Shown: piece by piece, positions 14,261 to 25,814 of the stretch
Numbering within the stretch: the first letter of the stretch is position 1
Layout of the letters: the number at the start of each line of letters is the position of its first letter
Assembly (NCBI GenBank): GCA_008636045.1
Contig: SNRW01000030.1
Coordinates: 1-38,633, forward strand
Direction: 5' to 3'
Length of the DNA stretch: 38,633 bases
Origin: Streblomastix strix
Lineage: Eukaryota
Made by a program: the position numbers and the translations under genes
Notes under the pieces: model-generated
What the model saw: only the letters and a program-made list of their open reading frames with translations
Database searches by the model: none
Told to the model about the DNA's origin: nothing

Positions 14261-17051
14261 TTATTCTCTCCAATAACGCGACTATCATTTCTCCTGGCGG
14301 TAAGTGTTTCTTCTATTTCTTCATTCTACCTCCAGCTTTCCACACGTCTTCGCTTTTTCCCGCAATTGCCCATTTTCTTGTCTTACTCATCATGCTTGGC
14401 CACCATGCTTGTGACGGCCAGTTGGGAACTACCATCACTGCACTCACATTCTCTTTATCTAATTTGTACAGCGTAGCCTATATCTGAGGTATTGGTGGAT
14501 GGAGATATGATACTTCGCCCTTCCAAAAGACTGAAAGACTATCTTGAGCTACAGCCCTATTGTCTGGTACGAGGCACACGAATCTCCTATATCTACGATT
14601 CTTTCGATTAGCGACCATGTCTATTGTAGGTCTTACTTTCAGAATGTGATGTGCTTCGTTCTGTATTTCTTGGTCGATCATGTAATCTCCCGAAGTAGCT
14701 AATCTACTCAATGAGTCCGGAATTTTGTTTTGAAGACTTGGGATGTGAAACGCGTGCAGTTGAATGTTTAACTTTTCGACCGTATCTAGAGTTCGATCCA
14801 CCAGTTTCGCTAGAGCTGCAGCTGCTACCCCTCGGTTAATGTTAAATGCCGCTGATCTGTTATCTGTTTCTATCTTCAGTGATTGCACTTACCTTGCTTT
14901 TAAGAAAGGATCTGAACGTCGTAACGCGCAAAGAATAGCGGCTGCTTCTCTCTGATTGCCACTGCTCAACCTCCAATTATTACCCCACTCTCCCTGAAAG
15001 ATAATCTGTTTTTCTGGATTCTGAAGCTTCAGGCATGCACCCCAGCTATTGATTGATGCATCTGTTGATAGGATCGCTTGTGGTTAAACAATTGTTGCTT
15101 ATATTGGTTTTTTCTTATCCACTTCGGCTTTCCACCAGAAGATTTCCTGCAAGATATTATGATTAAGGTACAATTCGCTATTCCTGCCCTTATACTGTGC
15201 TATACAGGTCTTAACTTTGTTTAATTTCCTCATATGGAGTCCACCTCACATGATTTGAAGCCGAAGGAAGTTTAGTGATCCAATGAAACTCGCTAGGTAT
15301 TTGATTTTAACCTGTGTTCCTTTTTAGACAACTCTCCTCCATCTTGCAATCATTTAACTGATTTTATTCTATCTTTCTGTTGTCATCATCAACTGGTCCT
15401 TCTCCATGTTGATTTCCCATCCTAGAAACGTTATCTAATAAGTTGGTTCTAGTATTGACTTTTTGATTGATATTTTCCACCCAAAGTTTGTCAAAATGTT
15501 AATGATGCTCAGGCCTATTGATTCTAATTTCTACCTATCTTCGTGGATGATAATTATATCGTCGCAATACGCCACTATGCGAACTCTGAGCACTTCTCTA
15601 ATCAATTTGATTACCGGTCGTAGAGTTTTATGAAAGGTCAATGGTGCATGCTTCGCCCCGAAACACATCGCCTTATACTAATAGAACATGTTGTTATGAA
15701 TAAATCCGAGGTATGGTCAGAATTCCATGTCTACGGATATATGGTGAAATGCTGATTCCAAGTCTATTTTTATCATCCAGTCTCTAGGCTTTAGCAAACC
15801 TTGTAGTGTATGTATGTCTTCCATGATGAAGTGATTAGAACATATATGTTTGTTGAGAGTCCTACAATCGGTAATTTTTCTCCATTTTCCTTTTTCCAGT
15901 TTTGGTACAACAAAACATGGATTAATCCATTTCAAATCTTCTCTCCTCACTTCTTCTACTATTCCATCTTCTAGTTCTTTCTGAATTAGTCTACTCAATT
16001 CTGCCTCGCTCACCTTTGATCTCTATTAATTGGGTACTTTACAATTGTCTGCTAGGATTACAGGACTTTGGATACTTTTCCAATATGCTTTGATTCCCTT
16101 CATCATTAACTGATCTGCCTTTATATATCTCCATGCTTCTTTGAAGTGGATCAGTCTACCTCATACTGGTATGTTTTCCATACTATTACAGTGTGACATT
16201 AAACTATTAATGCATTGTCAATTATCTTTTACTTATTGGACTGTAGTAAGACTGTTTTGTTCGGTGTCGTTCCAATTTAATTGCTCTGGAGTGCCAACTC
16301 TGTGGTTTTGAATCACTTTGCCTATTGGAACTGGCTGTTATGACTTTGTATGTTCTGATGTATTGGCTATATGATTATCTTTTTAATAAAGCTTACTTCT
16401 TTAAATTGAATTCTCGATATTTTATTCCAATCTATCGATTTTGATTCTCTATTTGTCGATGTATAATTTGTTCTTCTTCATTTGCAGGGTCAAAGGCTAA
16501 TGATTCCCGACGTACTGCTCCAACTCCTTCATTTGCAGGGTCACAGGCTAACGATTCCACAAGCACTGCTCCATCTCCTTCATTTGCAGGGTCAAAGGCT
16601 AATGACTCCCGACGCACTGCTCCATCTCATTCATTTGCAGGGTCAAAGGCTAATGATTCCACAAGCACTGCTTCAACTCCTTCATTTGCAGGGTTAAAGG
16701 CTAATGATTCCCGACGCAATGCTCCATCTCCTTCATTTGTAAGATCAAAGGTTAATGATTCCCGACTCACTGCTCCATCTCTTTCATTTGCAGGGTCAAA
16801 GACTAATGACTTCTGACGCACTGCTCCATCTCCTTCATTTGCAGGGTCAAAAGCTAATGAATCCCGACGCACTGCTCCATCTCCTTCATTTGCAAGATCA
16901 AAGGCAAATGATTCATTTTTGTTGATTAATAAACCTTATACTGTAATGACTGGTTGTGATTGGGATTAAATGAATTGGCATCTTGATATGTATGATGAAG
17001 TGATGTTGCATTGATTGTAAAATCTGGGATTATATTTGTCATCCAGATCAT
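14193..17051 (-). pseudogene. DIRS pol: reverse transcriptase, RNase H and methyltransferase-like domain, with in-frame TGA stops
   Basis: FVVPK..KWRKITDCR, KIDLESAFHH, MCFGAK, AYCDD (RT); STDAS..WGA, ETDN, PDSLSR (RNase H); DMVANRKN..YLHPP..VPNWPSQAWW (MT-like). TGA at 16767, 16218, 16161, 15717 and 15246. The start is uncertain. Confidence 0.9.
16477..16915. repeat. 51-bp coding minisatellite, ~8.6 copies
   Basis: Unit cttcatttgcagggtcaaaggctaatgattcccgacgcactgctccatctc. On the minus strand it encodes ESLAFDPANEGDGAVRR in the gag frame and MKEMEQCVGNHQPLTLQ in the pol frame. Confidence 0.95.
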
Positions 17052-18297
17052 TACTTCTTGTCTTATCTTATCTTTTAAATTTAAACTCTTTCTTGAATGC
17101 TCTTCTGGGCCTATATTAGAATTTTCTTTTGCTCGAACGTATTCTTCCTCTTCTAAATCCGCTGCTTTACTCAATCTAATCTCCAAATCTTCTCTAATTG
17201 ATTTATATATGCTTCCCAGATTTCTTAAATTTCTCTTTAGAGTGTTTTGATAGCACATCTTCTGTTGTTATTCCTTATGAAATTCCTCTTAATCTGGATT
17301 TCCTTTCTTGTTACGCATCTCCAACTGCAACTAGAAATGACTCCAGCAACTTAAACATTTTACCTACCAAGTGTTCAGTATTACCTTATGCAATTTCGTG
17401 GATAGTACCTGCAATTCCCTGAGTAACAGCAGATGTTGATTCCAGCGTCATTCGAGCATAAGCTGGTCCTTCTTCTGTTAATGCATGCGGAGCTTATGGC
17501 ATAGGAAATATGGTATTCGCAACTTTCCATGAGATTTCATCAAACAGCTTTTACCTGAGAATTGGCAGCAATTAGTAATTTAAAACGTCCAATTTGCTCG
17601 ATTCTTGTTTCAATAACCCTTCAAACGTTGATATTAGGTCTTACGCAATCTGTTGGTCCTGTATAGAGTTGAATTTCGAATATATTTATCTCTGAGCTTG
17701 AAATTATGCTTGAAGCGGATTTAAAACTCTGATTTCATGAATTCCATCTTGTTCCCGCTTACATTTGACCGGATGCATTTATAAACCACCTGATGGCACT
17801 GGCAAGTCTATGTCAATATCTCTAAATGTTTGTGTTTTTCCCTAGGAAGCTCGAATAACATTCAACAAGCGCCCATTTTTAATTAAGGCGGCATCCGCTT
17901 GAATGCAGGCTACCCAAAGCTTCATTTCCTTATCCGACTCAAATTCCCAGAATTAGTAGTCCTGAAGCACATTCGTTTAAATACTAAATAACCGTAGATC
18001 CTTCACGATTGTTTTTGGGATCCCGCGAAATCTGACTTATACTTCACCTGTTTATTCATTAACATATACTTCGCAACCTTTGTCTTCTACGAAGTCGTCA
18101 TCTAATCGAGTGTAACTATCTGTAGCGTGACTTGAACTTTGGAACAAACTTCTCTAGCATGGGTAAATCAACGTTTCTGGAAATTGTGATGAGTTCCCGC
18201 GTAGCTCCTTGTTAATCATATTATCTCGATCTCGTGGCTCCTTGTCTGGACCGTCTCTAGATATTAACGTGGGTGTAGGAGTGTCACGCTAGCTCAT
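16627..18297 (-). CDS. DIRS gag-like ORF (same frame continues to YR past one TGA at 16627)
   Basis: ATG 18297 lies just inside the ITR. Open for ~556 codons with TAA/TAG=Gln. Gag identity is assigned by position only. Confidence 0.75.
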
Positions 18298-18299
18298 TC

Positions 18300-18421
18300 G
18301 TGAATTTTTTGTATCTTTTGTTTGACTGGACCCATTGTATCATTGACAGTCTCATAAAAAAGGTAGTACGAGCTGATTAAGTGGATGCATAGATAACTAC
18401 GTAGTAGAACGTAGAGCTTAT
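18300..18421. repeat. DIRS terminal inverted repeat (element 5' end)
   Basis: Complementary to 12666-12734 and to the ICR. Confidence 0.9.
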
Positions 18422-19339
18422 AGTAATGCAAAGATTGTGAGATGCACTTGTTTCGATGATGGTTATAGGATATGTAGAATAGATAATGGGAGTGGGTGGT
18501 GATTAAGTATTTCTTTTGCTTGAAGATTGACTCTTATGTGAACTTCTCTTAAAGTAAAAATATTCATAAAGAAGTTCAATATAGAAAAAGTTTGCATATT
18601 TTAACTTTAAAACTTAAATATATTTCATAGTTTTATATTAATTCTCATTTATATATATTAGCATATAAACTGTATCGATCGTATTGAACAGATATTACTG
18701 ATTCCAATACAGAACGCAATTGATTGAATAATATTTGAAGTTATCTAAAGAATGAATTTGATGGATAGTTAGTGTAGAATGGTTTTATGTTAGAGACTAA
18801 TGGTGTTGAGTGTTTGAGTGAATTTGAGAGTTGTGAAGATTGGAGATGTGTTAGAGAAGGTTTGTATTGTTATAAGATATATGGATTATGTTTGTTGATG
18901 AAGATTGAGTGTTGATCAATTAGCAGATCGCTTTCTTTAAAGAGCTACACTGAATTTGCTTTTGATTTAACTGGAACAACAGAGATATGATTTTATTATT
19001 TGTTGTAATTATAAATTATTTTCTTATTTTATTGATTAAATTATATAATGAAATTAACTCTTATTAGAGGTAAAGAATTAAATCTATCATTTTCTCTATT
19101 TTTTTGTTTAAAAGAATAAAATAAATTATATTTAAATATTAACGAAAATCTCGCATTTGATGAAAACAAAACATTTTTATTAAATAAGGATGTATTTAAA
19201 AAAAAAAGATTATTTATTTATTATGTTTGACAATTATATTATATTTGTTTATTTGAACAAATTAGAAAAGAATAAGAGAATATGGAGCAATGAATCAAAC
19301 TATTCGGTTTTGGAACAAATAGAACTTTGATGATTAAGT

Positions 19340-20384
19340 TCACCATTGAACAAATACTTAATTTACAATTTGTTTTGATGTTGGAGCGATTAGTTACTTC
19401 AATGACCGAATTGTGCAAGAAGATCCACCATAGAGCATGTATACCTAATAAATTAAATTAATAAAATTAAATTTATTAACATTATAAATAATTTTATTTT
19501 CATACAATGAATCTCAATTTCTCGTTTATTCCAGACAAGTACACTGGTTGTTGAACATTGTCTATGAATAAGATCAATGTTCCTTTAAATGAATCAAATT
19601 CAACTCTCAAGATCTTTTTGTCTTTGAATGAGTCATTACCATTAGTTGTTTTTCCTTTATAGCAAACATGACTTCAATTCAAAAATATTATATAATGATT
19701 TAATAAATTATATTTTAATGGATAAATAAAATATTTATTGAAACCCATAACGGAATGCTGCAATATAATCAGTATCTAAATATTAAAATAAATAATAAAT
19801 TTAATAAATAAATAAAAAATGGATAAACAAACGAGGTTTCTAATAATAGCAAGCATTTGCAGGAATATCATATGAATCACGAACAATGCCAATAGCTGAA
19901 TAAGAAAATAAAGGGATAATAAAAATAGAAAAATTATAATTTAAAACCAGCAAATCCTTCTGTATTTTAGAACATAACTCCTAAAGACCAAATCCCATTA
20001 TCAAGAACTTAATCTAATGAGATTGTGCAAAATCCATATTTATTCTTTTATATCTTCTTCTGGATACCATCAATATCAAACAATTCAACACAATCAGGAT
20101 CTTTGTTGATAATCGAAATAGGATAATCTGAATTAAATGAAATAGAATTAAATTAAAATAAAAATTATTTTAAATAATAAATTATTTAATTCTTTATTTA
20201 TACTTAATTATTCCACTATTTTCATGAATCGTGAATGTTTCATCAGTCGATGCGTCTTCTTACACACACCCAGGAACTGCACAGCATTTGATATCAATCT
20301 AATTTCAGATAAAATATCCAGTAAGATATCTGGTCCAACTCCTGCTAATCCATCAAGGATGTTGTACTCCTTCGGAACTGTCAT
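19340..20384 (-). CDS. F-box-like + SPRY-like protein, copy 5
   Basis: Paralogue with the same exons, ATG 20384 and QW-TGA end. Confidence 0.8.
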
Positions 20385-21323
20385 TGAAGAGATTCTGATT
20401 ATAAATTAATAAAATGAAAGTAAGTTAATAATTTTAAATATTTATTAAGTAAAAAAGAAAAAAGAAAAAAGAAAAGTTTGAAGATTATTTAATATATTTT
20501 GTTCTGTTATATAACAATTAATGAAGCTGTTGTTGAATATATAAAAATATATATTGATTAAGTAAAAATATAAAAATTTGTAAAGAAATTTCAAATGGTG
20601 ATATGCTGCAAAATCGTTTTTTATTAATTTTATTATTTTGACAATAAATTTAAATGAATGAATATGAAGTTATAAAATTTGAATATAAAATTAGAATATA
20701 CTATCAGAATTGCAGGCACTAGAAAAGTTACGAAATGGGCGGCGTGTAATTTAAATAATAAAATTCGGAATTTTTAACAATTCTTGAACTTGTTCATAGA
20801 TGAATATATCCATAGTTTACATTTAATCATAAACTATTTATTATTTATTAATTTTTAAAATTAAAATAATAATATATTATAACTAATTGAACAAGACAAA
20901 ACCAAGATAAGATAAGCAGCTTCATATATCATTCATTAAATATATTTTACCAATATTAATAACTTATTTTATTTAATTGTTAATAATCCATTAGTTTTTA
21001 TTCATTATAGCACGATTTATTACTATTCAAACCAGAAATAAATGGCAAGAGAAAATTATTTCAATTTCAAGATTTCTTTCATTAATTTTCACTTCAACAA
21101 ACATCACGTAATATATTCATACTTAATTAACGTGATAAAATTAAATTATTTATAAAATATTACGAAATATTATATATTTGTGCTAAATTACAATTATTTT
21201 TATTTCAATTTATTATTTATTTAGTGTTTATCATTATTTTATTTATTATAGAAATAAAATTTCTTCTTCAGTTAGTACTACCGAAGCGTGTTCAAACAGA
21301 ATACTGAATTTTAAGAGTATTCA

Positions 21324-21885
21324 TCAAAAGTATGGAATTCCTCTTTTAGAAAAAGTTTTATTTATTGAGAGATTCTGACCAATTGGGTATGTTATAGTAA
21401 TGCCAAGACTGTGACTTGCACTTGTTTCGATGATGGTTATAGGAGATGCAGAATAGATAATGGGAGTGGGTGGTGATTAAGTATTTCTTTTGCATAATGA
21501 TTGATTCTTATCTGAACTTCTCTTAAAACTAATATATTCATAAAGAAGTTCTATTTAGAAAAAGTTTGCATATTTTAACTTTAAAACTTAAATATATTTC
21601 ATAATGATAAAATACCAATATTCATTTATATATATTAACATACAAACTGAATCGATCGTATTGAACAGATATTACTGATTCCGATACAGAACGCAATACA
21701 TTGAATAATATTTGAAGTTATCTAAAGAATGAATTTGATGGATAGTTAGTGTAGAAAGGTTTTATATTGGAGACTAATGGTGTTGAATGTTTGAGTGAAT
21801 TTGAGAGTTGTGAAGATTGGAGATGTGCTAGAGAAGGTTTGTATTGTTATAAGATATATGGATTATGTTTGTTGATGAAGATTGT
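21324..21885 (-). pseudogene. Gene B copy 6; similarity to the other copies ends at ~21885
   Basis: Matches the unit up to gttgatgaagattg, then unrelated sequence follows. Confidence 0.45.
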
Positions 21886-23218
21886 TTTATAGCAAGAATT
21901 AAGTTAGAAATAATATATGATTTAAATTAGAAATAAAAAAGTGCATAATACTCAAAAAAATTAAACTCTTTGAATTGGATTATGATGCATAGAAATAGGA
22001 TTTTATTTCTTTCTGAAATTCTTTGCATTATTCATTAAATGTCTAATCAATATTTCATAAAATATTCTTTTTATTCAGTTGCTCTTCAATTTCAATTGGT
22101 AGATATTATCGTTAAATTAACTGAATTACTGATTCTCATTGAAATTTTCATTTTCATTGTAATGTTTCAAATTAATCTATTATTAAAACGAAATGCCATA
22201 TTTTTACTTAAAATGAATCCTGTTTTTTTATTATTAGAATCATTTTTCTATATATTTGCGTTAAACAAGGAATTACAATTGAAAGTTGAATATAAATTGA
22301 AATAAGAAATTGTAGAAGAATTAATGGAGACATAATGATGAATGAATAATCAATACTATATAATTTTTTAAACTGATAATAATATATAAAAAAATATTAC
22401 ATACAAATATTAATAATAAAATTCATTTAAATTGAATGATACATATAAATTAATATTAAGTGTAATTAGTTTCTTAACTTCAATAATAAATTAATATTAA
22501 ATATAATAATATAATAATATAAAACTGCTCTATAATATCCTTTGTAATAGAAATAGAACATCGCAATTATTGAAAGTTTGTCCAAAGCGCATCGTGTGTC
22601 TCTGAATCTTGGAAAATATGATGAAAAATGACCTGATAAGAAATGAATGTATTTTAAGATGGATAGAAAAATCAATATTTAATATTATATTATATGACAT
22701 TTATAAAAAATTAAATAATTGTTGAATATTATAAATTGAATATATAAAAATAAAAGAAAATTAATATTTAAAGTTCATATAAAGTAATAATAGTTTGTAT
22801 ATAAAAAAATAGTTTATAAACTTGTTTTCATCTAAGTGAAAAAGAATGGTGACTAAATACAATGTTTTTCTTTTGCAATATTTTAATCATTTTATTTCTT
22901 ACTCTTATTTTTCATTACTTTAATTTTCTTTTTCTTCTCCTGTTTGCTATTCAATTTCAATCTATCTGTATGAGCTAGAATTGCAGTCAATAAAATTCCT
23001 ACATAATAAACAGCTTTCAAACAATAAGTTGTGTACATTCCTTCTCGAGCATATTTGCGATTGCCTAATTTATATAATATATGAAAAAAATTAAGATGTT
23101 GATTCAAATAATAATTAATTAATATTGAGGGATTTAAATAATAATATGAAATAAAAAATGTTAATATAATAATAATGTTAATTTATAATACCATATGAGT
23201 AGTATAGTAAGAAGAAGT

Positions 23219-23322
23219 TTGCCGTAACTTCAAAATCATATTAATTTATATCAATTTGCCCACGCCAATTGAATCGGTGTGACAAACTGATTTTATTTAA
23301 TATGATTTTAAACTTACGGCAA
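23219..23322. repeat. Imperfect palindrome (~50-bp arms) near the element terminus
   Basis: ttgccgtaacttcaaaatcatattaa...ttaatatgattttaaacttacggcaa. The inner segments atcaatttgcccacgcc and ggtgtgacaaactgat also pair. Confidence 0.85.
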
Positions 23323-24080
23323 CCAATCTCCTCAAAATAATCGTATAAGCGTATCAGAAAGCATTAATCCACAACACTAATACAAAATATGAATAAATAA
23401 ACACTAATACATATGATTAATCCACATACCGCGCATCTTTTTCCTCAAGCATATCGAATAAACGAATTGGAAAGCGTTAATCATAAAAATTAATCCAGCG
23501 ATAAACGTTGTGGGTTAATTATATGTATTGTCATATATATGAACTGTAACAATTATTTCCTAGCATGTTCCTAATTTATAATTAAAAAATATAAAGAGTT
23601 AACCAATAAAGTTGGTCTTTCTAAAAATTGTGTGGAGCAGCGCGTAGGATTGTTTGCTTGGGTTAATTTTGTGGTTAATATTTTATAAAAATGTATATGA
23701 GTAATAAAAAAGAATTACTGAATAAAAATTTACGTTTTTCGATTGGCGCAGTTTTAATGCGTTATGTTGGGTTCGAGAAAAATCTGTTCGCTTATATGAA
23801 TGATTTATAAATAAATTAAATGTAAAAATAAATTATGTGTTATCTAATAAAAAATAATCAAAATCATTTTTTATTAAGATAAGCCTCAGCTATACGTATT
23901 GAATCTCGTGTATGGTTAAGCAAAGAATATAGGTGATTTACTTTTTTTTTCTTTAGATCTATATCAAAATCTACAATTTTATTTAATCTTTTGTTTATAT
24001 TCATTTAATAGTTATGTTTCTTGCTGTTTAAGATAATTATACCGAGTCTAATCCATTTTAAATAGTTAACAAAAATATAA

Positions 24081-24365
24081 TCAAAGATCATTATCAACTT
24101 CGTACTATAGATATCTAGATTCTTCAGCTTCTCTTGCTACTCTAGTATTATGTATCTTACATTAATCGTTACTAAGTTATTTCATTTATTTAATATATTT
24201 ATTCTTGTCCTTAACTATTTTAATATTTGCTTTATAATCATAGATTTATTAATCGGTTAAGAATAAACAATTACTTATCTCAACTATATTATAATTATCA
24301 TATGGAATATTACTCGTCAATGTTACCTAATCTTAATTATTTGTATGTACTATTTTATAAGCCAT
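24081..24365 (-). CDS. Hypothetical viral protein, 94 aa
   Basis: ATG 24365 MAYKIVHTNNQDQV...YEVDNDL-TGA with TAA/TAG=Gln. Confidence 0.55.
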
Positions 24366-24391
24366 TTTAATCGGGAACAAAAAATAATTGA

Positions 24392-25016
24392 TCAATATAA
24401 ATCAAAATTAATATCTTTATCCTATTCTTCATACTATGCCTGTTCCTCTTAGTATTCCTGTGGAGCTTAAACTTATTCAATTACTTATTCTTTTTCAATA
24501 ACCTATTTAGGTTATTTATATCGTTTAACTTTTTATTTATATTTCTCTATTTGTTTAATAGCATCTTAGTGCTATTGTTTAATAAATGAATTTTCAGTTC
24601 TCAACCTGATTAGTTCTTCCAAATCAAGTTGAGGATTAGTATAATTAATTTGTGGAGTTTTAGATGTTTTTACAACTCTTTTTCTAACTTATTTCTTTAA
24701 CGGTTTTTCTCTTACTTCGCTTATTGATATTTCATCGCTTTCATTTTAGTTCTCCTGAGGTTCATAAGATATAAAATCTTCTTCGTCTTCAATTTATTTA
24801 AAAGGTTATTTTTTAAACTTTTTTCTTTGGGTCACCTCCTCCTCGAGCTTATTGCAATAGTTTATTCTGTTATGTTTATGTTAAATTTTTAAGTATCTTC
24901 TTTCCTTTTTCGAACACTTTAATATCTTTATTAATTTAGATGACATATCCGTTGTCAAAGTATTCAATATTTGTTCCATTTTCTATCAAATTCTTCAATG
25001 CATGTTGTAAGTCCAT
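24392..25016 (-). pseudogene. Hypothetical charged/coiled-coil viral protein with apparent frameshifts
   Basis: MDLQHALKNLIENG..., then ...EDEEDFISYEPQE...LEELIRLRTEN..., then an E/Q-rich tail, in different frames. Confidence 0.45.
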
Positions 25017-25039
25017 TTGAATATTTTTAAATAAAGAAA

Positions 25040-25762
25040 ATGATAAAGCGCATAGAAAGAAACTCAATTCGAATGTCAAAACCCAAAAAATAAATGTCAG
25101 AGATTAAGCATAAAGAACTAAAAGATGAAGATAAAATAAGATTGCAATTGATCGATGATGCAATTAGTCGTATTAAATCAATGCCTGCGATTGATGATAC
25201 GATTAAACCAAAAGAAAATCCTACTTAAACTGAGAGTGAAATTATTCAAGTAACACCTGAATAATTGATCCTTACAGAATAAAAAATTACTAAATATAAG
25301 AGCAAATATAATAAAAATAAGTATAAACAAATTGATAGAACAACTGCTTAAGTTGAACCTGATGAAGTAGTTTAAAATACTTATTTGTCTAACCCAAATT
25401 TGTCTGTCATGAAATTCATTATCGATTGCCTATGGAAGATGGTAACAACAAGAAAAAGAGGTGATGATTTTATACTTTCATCTGATAACTTCATTAAACT
25501 TAGGTCATTAATTACTTAAGAGAATGAAGATGATATAGAAATTGTATTAGAAGAACCATTAATGAGATCCCATTCATGCATAGGTAAATCATATAAGAAG
25601 AAAGATCTAATAAGGGTAATGGATGTACTAATTAAAAATGTTAGTATATCTGTCATAGATAATGTATTATTCAATTCTATTGAGAAACTATACCGAATCA
25701 GCAAGGATTTTGTTAGGTTGTCTGATGCACCTACATCAGAGATTTCGAAAGATGATTTTTGA
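25040..25762 (+). CDS. Hypothetical viral protein, 240 aa
   Basis: ATG 25040 is open to TGA 25762 with TAA=Gln and includes track ORF 25562-25762. Confidence 0.7.
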
Positions 25763-25814
25763 AATAATTTAGCTGTCTATTATTTATATTTAATTATTTT
25801 TATCGACAACAAAA

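Larger units (their letters stand above)
12643..18421 (-). mobile_element. DIRS1-type tyrosine-recombinase retrotransposon, full length, inactivated
   Basis: Inverted terminal repeats, an internal complementary region, gag-like, RT (YCDD), RNase H, MT-like and YR coding regions, and no target-site duplication relative to empty sister units. Confidence 0.93.
12571..18990 (-). pseudogene. Gene B copy 5, last exon split by the DIRS insertion
   Basis: Host sequence tgggtat(g/a)ttgt|agtaatgc is split, with the halves at ~12631-12642 and from 18422 onward. Confidence 0.6.
125..21885. repeat. Tandem array of ~2.95-3.0 kb units (5 full + 1 partial); unit 5 interrupted by a DIRS element
   Basis: The marker block ...gagactaatggtgttg... 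recurs near 1097, 4047, 7037, 10033, 18791 and 21768. Similarity to the unit begins near 125 and stops abruptly near 21885. Confidence 0.95.

Noticed and set aside
13439..14955. Plus-strand track ORFs inside the retrotransposon
   Set aside because: Antisense to YR and RNase H/MT coding frames, with no motifs of their own.
16477..16915. Regular repeats as a possible CRISPR array
   Set aside because: Head-to-tail 51-bp units with no unique spacers, protein-coding, in a eukaryotic retroelement with no cas genes.
1652..20384. Diversity-generating retroelement (RT next to variable genes)
   Set aside because: The RT is DIRS-type with its own ITR/ICR, no template repeat is seen, and the variation spans several exons, includes indels and is not evidently adenine-specific.
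21900..23110. Exon-like patches and track ORFs 22039, 22466 and 22892
   Set aside because: No recognisable domain and no consistent frame or gene model could be established by eye.
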